A DNA stretch of 64,000 nt from Candidatus Hydrogenedentota bacterium (lineage in GTDB: Bacteria; Hydrogenedentota; Hydrogenedentia; Hydrogenedentales; SLHB01), in the NCBI GenBank assembly GCA_963674865.2, contig CAXXYE010000009.1, positions 128,001 through 192,000 on the forward strand, given 5' to 3'. A model generated the notes under the pieces. That model did no database searches, was not told the DNA's origin, and was given only the letters and a program-made list of their open reading frames with translations. A program made the translations under genes and the position numbers. This document shows, in pieces, positions 9,334 through 17,935 of this stretch (its first letter is position 1; each line of letters opens with the position of its first letter).

Positions 9334-12300
9334 TTAGTCCGGCTCAACGCGAACCACCGCTTCGGCGGATTCACCGGAGTACAGATCGGCCACGCGGATA
9401 CGCCAATCGCCTGTTGGATCGTTGTAGGCAAAGGGAAGAGCAATATCCCGAGCTTTGCGGCCGATGATAAGCGTCTTATCGAGCCACGGCGCCGGTTCTC
9501 CGTCGGGAGCTACTGCGGACACACGCAGGGCGTGACTGCCTTCGGCGCCCGGAACGCGGATCCGAGCGCTTGCCGCGGCCCCGGCAAATACGGACGCCCT
9601 CTTGAGCATGATCTCCGGCAGCGGCGCAGGCTCCGGCAGCAGGGCGAAGAACGAGGCGCTGTTGGGACGCAAAGACGTCACGAATCCTTCGACATGGCCA
9701 AGGGCTTCCTTGGACTTCAGATCGTAAACAGATTTCGCCGCGGGCAGCGTCACGCGCGCCTGCCCATCGTACTTTCCGAGAAGGGCCAATAGCTCGATAT
9801 CGCCGTTCCGCCAGCGCGTAATCTCGATATCCGGAGCGGGGTCGCCTTCCGGCGTCTCCACGCCGACCACAGCCGTGACGCCCGCAGTACCGAGAAGTTC
9901 TCGTATGAGCGTATGCACCGGGGCGTTGTATATCGCGAAGTTGAGCAACACGCCGCGGCCTTTGGCGAACTCGTTCACGATGCAGACGGGGTGGTTTAGG
10001 CCGTACCAGAAATGGATGGGAAACGCCTTGCCGAGTTCCTTGCCCGTCGTTACCGTCACGGTGGGATCCACGTGCATCTGAGGATAGATCTCATGGCCCT
10101 CCCAATTGCCCCATCGCATCGCGATCTTCCGGCCCGCAATTTCGCCGTCAACGGACATGCGGTCGAGGGCGATTGCGTCCTGCTTGCCAGTGCGCTCGAT
10201 ACCGAACACATCGTCAAGCACGCCCGCGTCAAGAGGTTTGCAGTGGCCATCGTAGATGCCGGGCCGAACATCCGCGATGAGTGTGCCGCCGCCTCGCACG
10301 AAGTCCCGGATGACCTCGGCCTCCTCAGGGCCAATCGCGAAGGCCAGCGGGAGGATCAGCGCCTTGAACCGCCCCGCGTCGAACTCGCCGAGGCGGAGCA
10401 TACGATCCGTAACGTACCTGAACTGCAACCCGGCCTCGTGGATGGCGTCATGCCAAAGGGCGTGATCGCGCTTGTAGTTGCCGTACGTGCGGTTGCCGTC
10501 GAAGTGCGCGATGTGGGTGGAAGGCATTGAATACAGCATGGCGACGGCGTCATCCTGCATCTCGCAGTGCATGAGCAAGTCCCCCAGCCCCTCGCGGACG
10601 ACACGCGTGTCGTCAAGCAGTTCCTGTGTGGCCGGAAACGGGACAAACGTGGGGGCGAGGTAACCGTGGTACCCGTCGAGGTTATCCCAGCGCCACCACT
10701 GGACGGTGTTCATGCAATTCGTGATCTGCCCCCAGTACTCATCAAGGAGCACGTCGGCCTTCATGGAATAGCCTGTCCAATTCCCCATGGGGAAATTGGG
10801 CGGCGCGATGGAGCGGACGACCTCGTTGGCCGGGCCGCCGTAAGGCCCGAAGTACTCGAGTTCGCGCACGAAGGCGTCTAAATCGCCTCCCTGCCTCGAA
10901 CGCGTCGTCAAGCGGCGGATGGTGAAGCTGTCGGTGCCCTCGAATCCCGTCAAGGCCTGCGGATCGAGCTCCTTGAACGCGCGAAGGAAACGCTTACACC
11001 ATTCCACGTACGTGTAGCACTGAAAGGCCTGGCGGTCATACCAGCGGGCGTAGTTCTCCCCCTGCAGTGCGCGCAGCTCTTCATTGATGCCGCCCAGGGC
11101 AATCTGCGCATCGCCGGCGCCTTCATTATCCGTCCTGTCTTTCTGGAGGCGCTGGGCGTAGTACTCCTTGAACCACCTGGGCGCGTTCTTGTCCGGCAGT
11201 TCCCCTTCTGTCAGGAGGGCGACATCCTCGAAAGCGGCGTAATCGGCGTCCCATTCCGCGTTGAGAGCAGCAATATCGCCGTACACGTTTCTGAGATACT
11301 CGTGATACGCGGCCAAGCAATGCGAGCTCAGGCAAGAGCCGCGCACCGCGTTCTCGTCGCCCAAGGAATAGACAAACACGCCGTGGCCTCGGGCCAACTG
11401 GTAGCGTTCGACCACAGAATCGACCCACTCCCGCATCTTGGCTTCGTCGTAAAGGCACCCGCCCTTCATGATGCCGTCCGGATCGAGCATGGCGGTGACC
11501 GTGTGACTGCTCTTGCGGAAGCTCGCGGCGTAGGGAACGTAGGATAACTCGCTGGCAGACATGGACAGCGGCGGGTCGCCGCCCTGGAGAATGGAGGTCG
11601 CCCCGTACGTGGCGAGGGCCTCAACGCCATAGGGGGCAAGATCGCCCGACGGGATATTCCAGACAACGAAGTTGAACTGGTTCTGATGGCGTTTCGTAAC
11701 GCGAAGGAAGCCATACTCCGAGGCCACTTCCCTGCCGTCATTCAGAATCACGGCCTCCACCCGCAGCAGCATAGGCATCCAGGACTCAATGGTGAAGTCG
11801 AACGGCGTCGTCGTCGCCGCCTCGTAATCCTTCTGCGCCAGCACGCGCCCGCGCTTGTCCAGCAGCCGAACACGGAGCGAGTCACCCGGCTCGATGCGTC
11901 CGCCCAAGGCCGCTTCACCGCGGAGCATTTCGCCGACCTCCGCCCATTCCTTCGCGAGCTTGACGGCCTCAATCCGCCGCTCCGACTTCACGGTGAAGGA
12001 AGCGCTCGCCCAATTCTCAATACCGGAGGCGCTCTCGGCAAACACGTCAACGTGGTATTCACCGGCGCGCAACCAAGGAAGGGTGAAGTGCGCGGAAGAC
12101 TCGCCGGCCGCGTCCACAGCGCCCAAACTCTCCCGGTGCCCGTCCCATCGGCGAACCTCGACGCGCAGCGTCGCTTCCCGCAAAGGCTCCGCCCAAGTCA
12201 CGGTGACGACCTCGCCCGGCAAACGCGCCCCATCAATGGCTTCGGCGGGAACGCTCACTTCGAGGGCCGGCCGCGGCGGCCGCCCGGCGGCCCATAGCAG

Positions 12301-13038
12301 GCCCCGCCCCTGGCGAGCCATCTGGTAATCGAGGTGCGTCTCCCAACCTGCGGCGTATTCGAGCCTTTCCCGGGACGGCATAAGAAGGATGCGGCCCTGC
12401 CCGCACCGGTAAGGCTGACCACCAAGCCCACGGCCATCCGCATCGTCATCCAGTCTTCGGGCGCGTTTGAAGGGTGAGGCATCGCTGTCCCCAACCACGA
12501 CAAGTCCCGCGCCCCCGTGAACTTGCTCCTCCAAGGCCGACTGAACGGCCTTGGGCAAGCCATCGACCTTCACGTGATTCAAAAAGAACACATCGTACGG
12601 CATCTGAAGCAGCCTGAGTACGCGGTTCGTGCCCGCTTGAGGATCATCGTACCACCGCGGATTGCCGTCGCCGAGGAGCCGGGCGGGGCCGGGCAGGTAG
12701 TAAGCGGCGTCGGCCTCGAGGTCGAACCGCTGCATGAGTTCGACGATCTCCCGGCCATCGGTACTGCCCTGAGCCCACGGGGCGAAGAACAGCACCCTCA
12801 CCGTACCTTGCGCATAGGGCTTTGCCCAGGGCGTATGAGGCGTCTCAAACGCCTTGGACAGGAGGTGCTCCATATCGAGCAGGCCCGGTATCTCAGCCGC
12901 GTGGGCGACATGCGGCGCCATGGCCATGAAGGCGCACCAAGCAACCAAAGCGAAACGCCCTCCCAGACGCGTCCGAAAACGTGTGCTCCGTGGCGTTTCG
13001 CGCGCAACATCCATACGTACGAAGGATTCTCCGGCCAT
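9334..13038 (-). CDS. Large exported GH-A / GH42-like glycoside hydrolase with trimerisation (GATase-like) domain
   Basis: Signal ending AHA; YSLGDE; YGDIAALNAEW GH42-like insertion; FVRGGGTLIADVRPG; AAGGAG SD before ATG 13038. Confidence 0.65.
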   Translation of the reverse strand: MAGESFVRMDVARETPRSTRFRTRLGGRFALVAWCAFMAMAPHVAHAAEIPGLLDMEHLLSKAFETPHTPWAKPYAQGTVRVLFFAPWAQGSTDGREIVELMQRFDLEADAAYYLPGPARLLGDGNPRWYDDPQAGTNRVLRLLQMPYDVFFLNHVKVDGLPKAVQSALEEQVHGGAGLVVVGDSDASPFKRARRLDDDADGRGLGGQPYRCGQGRILLMPSRERLEYAAGWETHLDYQMARQGRGLLWAAGRPPRPALEVSVPAEAIDGARLPGEVVTVTWAEPLREATLRVEVRRWDGHRESLGAVDAAGESSAHFTLPWLRAGEYHVDVFAESASGIENWASASFTVKSERRIEAVKLAKEWAEVGEMLRGEAALGGRIEPGDSLRVRLLDKRGRVLAQKDYEAATTTPFDFTIESWMPMLLRVEAVILNDGREVASEYGFLRVTKRHQNQFNFVVWNIPSGDLAPYGVEALATYGATSILQGGDPPLSMSASELSYVPYAASFRKSSHTVTAMLDPDGIMKGGCLYDEAKMREWVDSVVERYQLARGHGVFVYSLGDENAVRGSCLSSHCLAAYHEYLRNVYGDIAALNAEWDADYAAFEDVALLTEGELPDKNAPRWFKEYYAQRLQKDRTDNEGAGDAQIALGGINEELRALQGENYARWYDRQAFQCYTYVEWCKRFLRAFKELDPQALTGFEGTDSFTIRRLTTRSRQGGDLDAFVRELEYFGPYGGPANEVVRSIAPPNFPMGNWTGYSMKADVLLDEYWGQITNCMNTVQWWRWDNLDGYHGYLAPTFVPFPATQELLDDTRVVREGLGDLLMHCEMQDDAVAMLYSMPSTHIAHFDGNRTYGNYKRDHALWHDAIHEAGLQFRYVTDRMLRLGEFDAGRFKALILPLAFAIGPEEAEVIRDFVRGGGTLIADVRPGIYDGHCKPLDAGVLDDVFGIERTGKQDAIALDRMSVDGEIAGRKIAMRWGNWEGHEIYPQMHVDPTVTVTTGKELGKAFPIHFWYGLNHPVCIVNEFAKGRGVLLNFAIYNAPVHTLIRELLGTAGVTAVVGVETPEGDPAPDIEITRWRNGDIELLALLGKYDGQARVTLPAAKSVYDLKSKEALGHVEGFVTSLRPNSASFFALLPEPAPLPEIMLKRASVFAGAAASARIRVPGAEGSHALRVSAVAPDGEPAPWLDKTLIIGRKARDIALPFAYNDPTGDWRIRVADLYSGESAEAVVRVEPD

Positions 13039-13206
13039 TGCGGTCTCCTTCCAGAAGCTGTGGTCGTAGGCCCGGGTCGTAGCCCTTCGTGCTTCGTGCA
13101 GGTCGAAGCGGGCAATTCCCAAGACCTTAGCAGCCGGAGTCTCGTTGCGCAAGACATTCGCGGCCGACCGGGCACATAGAGGGCACGTAATGAATCCCGG
13201 AGGGCA

Positions 13207-13235
13207 TTGTATTCTCACCAGGACGTGTGTATCAT
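13207..13235 (+). promoter_or_regulatory. sigma70-like promoter of the small peptide gene
   Basis: TTGTAT (13207-13212), 17-nt spacer, TATCAT (13230-13235). Confidence 0.55.
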
Positions 13236-13298
13236 GTCCTTGTCTTAGTGACCGAGCGTGTGGACACTTGGTTGTTCAACAGGAAAGGAGCACGTTAA

Positions 13299-13379
13299 AT
13301 GGACTTCTTAGAGGATATTTGGAACTGGATCCTGGACGTACTTGACTTCCTCTTCGGCTGGATTTTCGACCTTTTCTAG
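13299..13379 (+). CDS. 26-aa anionic amphipathic peptide MDFLEDIWNWILDVLDFLFGWIFDLF (below the ORF-track cutoff)
   Basis: AGGAAAGGAG SD 8 nt before ATG; upstream promoter, downstream hairpin; strongly patterned 11-residue-periodic sequence. Confidence 0.7.
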   Translation: MDFLEDIWNWILDVLDFLFGWIFDLF

Positions 13380-13396
13380 GGATTGACGGCCATTCA

Positions 13397-13434
13397 CCAC
13401 TCGCGCCGCCGCGCGGGTGGCATATGTTGTTTCC
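13397..13434 (+). terminator. GC-rich hairpin after the peptide gene, possible terminator
   Basis: CCACTCGCGC-CGCC-GCGCGGGTGG 10-bp stem (one G-U) followed by a weak T-rich tail CATATGTTGTTT. Confidence 0.5.
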
Positions 13435-13601
13435 GATAAGTGTAATGTGGGCCATCTGGGTGTGCGGCATACGCCAGGTGGCCTTTTTCTCGCCGGGCGG
13501 CGGCCAAAATGGCGCACAAGATATGGACAAATAGGCATTTAGCGGCACACGCCAGCGGGAAGACTGATGAGCGGCCCGGCAGGTGGGCAACCGCAGTTGG
13601 G

Positions 13602-13673
13602 GCGCGGCGCAATTGACAACCCGGCCACCAGGGGGGAGGCCGGTTGGCAACAAAACCATGCGTGTGGTATATT
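13602..13673 (+). promoter_or_regulatory. Flagellin upstream region: shared motif, inverted repeat and extended -10 promoter
   Basis: TTGACAACCCGGCC...GGCCGGTTGGCAA inverted repeat; TTGGCA, 18-nt spacer, TGG-TATATT. Confidence 0.5.
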
Positions 13674-13732
13674 GAAAAGGTCCCGAATCGGGGTTTTCGA
13701 GCCTTTTTCGGGGTGTGAAGGAGGAAATCGGC

Positions 13733-14542
13733 ATGGGACTTCGGATCAACACAAATATTCCAGCGCTCGACGCCCAACGCCAGACGGAACGCACCTCGAA
13801 TCAACTTGTCAAAACGCTGGGCCAACTCTCCACCGGGCTAGAGATTAACAAGGCGGCGGACAACGCCGCGGGACTCGCCATTGCCGAACGTCTCCGGACA
13901 CAGGTTCGTCAGCTGAATCAAGAAGTCAGCAATCTGCAGTCCGGCGTGAGCGCCGTCCAGACGGCGGAAGGCGGGCTTGAGTCCCAACAGGAAGGCGTGG
14001 AACGCCTGAGAGAGCTGTCCCTCCAAGCCGCCAACGGCACCCTGACGGACGACCAACGTGCGGCCATCAATACTGAGGCACAGCAAATCATCGAGCAGAT
14101 CGGCCAAACCGCTGACAATACAGAGTTTAACGGCACACAACTGCTGAACGGCACGACAACGGAGATCGAGCTTGGCACCGAGGGGGGCAACGCGGTCACC
14201 CTCAACGAGTCCACCGTCGATTCCCTCGGCCTTACCGGCCTTGACCTCAGCACTCAAGAGGGCGCCGCAGCCGCCGTCGAAACGGCTGATACGGCCCTTA
14301 ACCGCATCAATCAGAACCGGGCCGGCCTCGGGGCACAAGAAAACGCCCTAACGGCGGCCATCGACCAGCGCGAGACGGAGGCCCTCAACGAGCAAGCGGC
14401 GGAATCCCGTATCCGCGACCTCGATGTTGCTCAGGCCGCCATTGAACAAGCCCGCAATGAGACGCTGCTCCAAAGCGGAATAGCCGGCATCATCCAGGGG
14501 AACGTGCAGAACGAGACGGCGGCACAATTGCTCGGCGGATAG
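13733..14542 (+). CDS. fliC: Flagellin, minimal D0/D1-only type (269 aa)
   Basis: GLRINTNIPA, LSTGLEINKAADNAAGLAI, VQTAEGGL, ANGT, NTEFNG, RAGLGAQEN, AAESRIRDLD; AAGGAGG SD. Confidence 0.9.
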   Translation: MGLRINTNIPALDAQRQTERTSNQLVKTLGQLSTGLEINKAADNAAGLAIAERLRTQVRQLNQEVSNLQSGVSAVQTAEGGLESQQEGVERLRELSLQAANGTLTDDQRAAINTEAQQIIEQIGQTADNTEFNGTQLLNGTTTEIELGTEGGNAVTLNESTVDSLGLTGLDLSTQEGAAAAVETADTALNRINQNRAGLGAQENALTAAIDQRETEALNEQAAESRIRDLDVAQAAIEQARNETLLQSGIAGIIQGNVQNETAAQLLGG

Positions 14543-14672
14543 GACGGAGCAACCGCACCTACTCGAGCAGCTTCTCGGTTCAGCTTCGTAGGGGAATTCC
14601 GGCCCGTTTTGTTTTCTTGCCCTCGGGGGATACGGCAAACCGGATAAATGGCTGATTGACATAGGGATAGGT

Positions 14673-15614
14673 ATGGAGCTGGGGCTTCAATTCTTCCGGG
14701 TCATCTTGTTCTGCACGGGCATCGCGGTTGTCTACTACTTGGCGATTCGCTGGTGCGTAGGCTACTGGTGGCGACTCATCCGGAAGCGGGAACCCACTTG
14801 CGCCCTATACAATCGCGCCTCAGCGGCCGCCGTGTTCGCCGTGGTCGCCTTCGGCTCGGGCTGCATGGCATATGGCTTCCTGGTAGCGCCGGACCGCCTC
14901 ACCGTGACGCGCTACGCCATCGAAAGCCCAAAGCTCCCCGCCGGCACGCGGATTCGGATTGTGCACCTGGCGGATCTTCATGTGAGAAAGGAAGGGCCGC
15001 GGGAGCGAAAGTTGCCCGGCATGGTGCGCGCTCTCGAACCGGACCTCATCCTGCATACGGGCGATCTCTTCGGCAAACGGCAAGGCGTTGAGCATGTGGT
15101 GACCAACCTCCTGAAGTCTTGGGATGTCCCCCAGTATGCGTGCCGGGGCAATCTGGACGGAATGGGGGCCTTCCGAAACGTCCTTGACAGAGCCGGCGTC
15201 ATGGCGCTCGACGGTCGTCCAATCATCCAGGAGGTAAACGGGGCACGCCTCCGCATTCTGGGATTTCCCTCAGGCCACGAGGTCGGAATGGCCCACGTGT
15301 TGAAGGATGTACCGGATGACGCTTTCAACATCGTGCTCTATCACCACCCCGAGGGGTTCCCGTGCACATGGGATACAGCAACGGACCTCATGCTCGCCGG
15401 CCACACGCACGGCGGGCAGGTGTGTCTGCCCCTCTATGGCGCGCTGATCACGATGGATCGGTTTGGTAAACGTTGGGAATCGGGCCGGTTCGAGGAGAAC
15501 GGCGTGACCTTGATAGTCTCGCGAGGAATAGGCTGTGAGCCTCACGTGCCGGAGGTCCGCTTCTGGTGTCCGCCGGAAGTAGTTGTCATCGACCTCCTAG
15601 GCCCGGCCATGTAG
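14673..15614 (+). CDS. Membrane-anchored metallophosphoesterase (YkuE/YaeI-like)
   Basis: DLH, TGD, RGNLD, HHP, AGHTHGGQV, SRGIG motifs; two N-terminal TMs. Confidence 0.9.
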   Translation: MELGLQFFRVILFCTGIAVVYYLAIRWCVGYWWRLIRKREPTCALYNRASAAAVFAVVAFGSGCMAYGFLVAPDRLTVTRYAIESPKLPAGTRIRIVHLADLHVRKEGPRERKLPGMVRALEPDLILHTGDLFGKRQGVEHVVTNLLKSWDVPQYACRGNLDGMGAFRNVLDRAGVMALDGRPIIQEVNGARLRILGFPSGHEVGMAHVLKDVPDDAFNIVLYHHPEGFPCTWDTATDLMLAGHTHGGQVCLPLYGALITMDRFGKRWESGRFEENGVTLIVSRGIGCEPHVPEVRFWCPPEVVVIDLLGPAM

Positions 15615-15762
15615 CACTCTCACTCGGCACGGACCACTTCATCGCCCGGTCACCCACTCAATGTGTCTTGAAATGACTATGTCACTTTGCTTAGTATGCG
15701 CTTCTATCAAGGCGATGGGGAGCTGGGGCGCAAGCTAGGGAGAGAAGCGGAAGGGGTACAAG

Positions 15763-16581
15763 GTGAAGAGTATACATTGGATTTTCTGGTTGGGGGTTCT
15801 GGTTTGCGTTATTGGCTTGGCCACGTTGCCGTGCAAAGCCGAACCGGCGGCGGAACCGGAGAAGGCAAGCGATGAGCAGGCCACGACGAATTCGTTCGAG
15901 CGACGCTGGTTCATCATTTACGGCTTGGCCAATCTGCAGCCCGAACTCGACGAAACCGAGGGCAAAATCAACCGCCTGATCAATCACGGGCTCGGCGGCA
16001 TCACGCCGTGTTGGAACAAACCGGAGACGTTTGCCGATTGGCGCGATGATTTCAAGCTCTGGGACATCCATCTTGGGGGCGGACTTGAGCTTACCGAGAA
16101 ACTGTCATGGTACTCGACCGTCGGCTGCGTTAAGGGGACGACAAAGACCACGACGAACCGGTTTCCCCTGCTACTCCCCCTCGAGACGGACGTGAAGTTC
16201 GAACGGCTCGTATGGTTCGTTTCGAGCGGCATCGACTATTATCCTTGGGGAAAGCCTTATCTGAAGGCTCCTGAGGACGGCGAGAACGGCCTCATGCGCC
16301 GCCTCCGCGGGAGTAAGCCCTATTTCGAGGGCGCGCTCGGCTACGTCCACATCGAGACGGAAGGGGATATCGACCTCAAGGTCTTGTTCGGGCCGAAGCT
16401 CTATCGCTATCGCGACACCGCCGTATACGACCTTACCTATCTCAGCCCACGCCTGGGTGTAGAGATCCCCATAACCCAGAAGACCAATCTGGCCCTCCAG
16501 GCGGGCTACCTGTTCTTCACCTCCCACAAGAACGAATACGACAACGGCTCTTACTACCTTCTCTTCAAACGGTATTTCTGA
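15763..16581 (+). CDS. Exported hypothetical protein, probable outer-membrane beta-barrel
   Basis: Signal peptide, alternating beta-strand pattern, C-terminal YYLLFKRYF resembling a beta-signal. Confidence 0.55.
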   Translation: MKSIHWIFWLGVLVCVIGLATLPCKAEPAAEPEKASDEQATTNSFERRWFIIYGLANLQPELDETEGKINRLINHGLGGITPCWNKPETFADWRDDFKLWDIHLGGGLELTEKLSWYSTVGCVKGTTKTTTNRFPLLLPLETDVKFERLVWFVSSGIDYYPWGKPYLKAPEDGENGLMRRLRGSKPYFEGALGYVHIETEGDIDLKVLFGPKLYRYRDTAVYDLTYLSPRLGVEIPITQKTNLALQAGYLFFTSHKNEYDNGSYYLLFKRYF

Positions 16582-16604
16582 CGGCTGGGGAGGCCGAAAG
16601 TCCT

Positions 16605-16637
16605 TGCCGGCCCCGTGCTTACTTATCGGGGCCGGCA
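16605..16637. terminator. Hairpin between convergent genes
   Basis: TGCCGGCCCCG / CGGGGCCGGCA perfect 11-bp stem. Confidence 0.55.
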
Positions 16638-16647
16638 GGCTATACTA

Positions 16648-16776
16648 GGTGGTGTCTGAGAAGCCGGAGGTATCGGCGGGCTGTGTGTGAACCTGTCCGC
16701 CGACGATGGCAAACGCGACGAAGCCCCCACAGATACTCCTGCTGCTCGGAACGGAATCGAGTTTCCAGACACAGCC
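16648..16776. mobile_element. Candidate 129-bp MITE
   Basis: Imperfect terminal inverted repeats GGTGGTGTCTGAGAA / GGCTGTGTCTGGAAA (reverse complement), flanked by TA on both sides. Confidence 0.35.
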
Positions 16777-17774
16777 TAATCGGATACGGCCACCGTCGTT
16801 GGCGCTTGCTTGAGCAAAGGCTGCAGGGCCTTATCGATGGCCGCTTCATCTTGGCCTACCTCGGCCTTGAACAAATACCAGTCTTCCATATGGCCGACTG
16901 TCCCGCCATCCGGTGGCAGTGTTGTCATCGCCCCAAGGCTCTCGACCTCGAGCATGTCCGCGTTCGTGAACGACTCGAAGTTGCAGCCGAAGTCGGGATA
17001 CACACCGTCGACATCACAGGGGAACCGCTTGATGAAGACATCCCCATTGAGGGTGTAGGCCGCCCAGCCCGGCTTATTCATCAGGCCCACCTTCTGCGGT
17101 GAGGTCGCCTCGGGATCCTGCCGCAACTGGATGTACTTCGTGCCCCAAGTCCAACGCGGATCCTGCATGTCCGTGTAATGCCAAAGCACGCAGGGCCGCG
17201 CGGGCAGCAGATAGTCGCTGTGCGCACGATACGGCTCCTGCGGGAAGATAGCACGCCCGCCCGGGGCCATAACCGTTAGAGCCCAGGAGGCGAGATCGAC
17301 GGCCCAGGCGTTCTCGTTGATCAGCCGGTGCTGAACCGTTACGTGCGGGCCATCGGGATCCAGCACGATATCCATTTCCTTGCGAATGCCCGTGGACTCC
17401 TCGACGGGCTGAAACAACCGGAGGGCCTTGCCGTCCCACTCGTACTCAACCGGCACATTGTCGGCCCAGTATGTGCGCGGCTTGGCCTCAGGGGCGTGCC
17501 AGAGCCGGTGGCCGCCGTATATGAGCCATTCATCGCCGCCCGTCTGCCCGAGCTGCTCCGCGTATTCCTTGAAGACATTTTGCCCGTCCACAAATCCAAA
17601 TCGTATGACGCGCGGCCCGACGTCCGTCGTAACGACAAGTTCGACGGCGCCGTTGCTCAGACGAACACAGTTCTCCCAGCCGCCATAGGAGACCTTGTCC
17701 ATACTGACCTCCGCCTGTGCCGCGAGCCCGGCCCCACAAATCAACGCTATCGACAAAGCTGTTGTACGCATCAT
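16776..17774 (-). CDS. Exported conserved hypothetical protein, galactose-mutarotase-like (DUF4380-like)
   Basis: Signal peptide; VVTTDVGPRVIRF, YGGHRLWHAPE, YPDFGCNFE, LEVESLG. Confidence 0.6.
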   Translation of the reverse strand: MMRTTALSIALICGAGLAAQAEVSMDKVSYGGWENCVRLSNGAVELVVTTDVGPRVIRFGFVDGQNVFKEYAEQLGQTGGDEWLIYGGHRLWHAPEAKPRTYWADNVPVEYEWDGKALRLFQPVEESTGIRKEMDIVLDPDGPHVTVQHRLINENAWAVDLASWALTVMAPGGRAIFPQEPYRAHSDYLLPARPCVLWHYTDMQDPRWTWGTKYIQLRQDPEATSPQKVGLMNKPGWAAYTLNGDVFIKRFPCDVDGVYPDFGCNFESFTNADMLEVESLGAMTTLPPDGGTVGHMEDWYLFKAEVGQDEAAIDKALQPLLKQAPTTVAVSD

Positions 17775-17935
17775 TGGAATTCCTCCCACCTAATATGACG
17801 CCGCCCAGTTCATCGAGATTTCATGAGAACCACTCTAGCAGATCACGGCCAAAGGGTCGAGCCTATTCGCGGCGGAGAAGGGCATCCGCGATCTAGCCGG
17901 CGCCCCCCGTGAGTACTGACGTGGCATCGGGCGGG

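Noticed and set aside
13430..13660. Possible sigma28 (TCCGATAA) or sigma54 (TGGCA...TGC) promoter for flagellin
   Set aside because: No TAAA at the right spacing; the GG-to-GC spacing is 12 rather than 10.
14630..14665. GGCAAACC after flagellin resembling a c-di-GMP-I riboswitch start
   Set aside because: Lacks the GAAA-capped stem, the GACGCAAAGC junction and the second stem.
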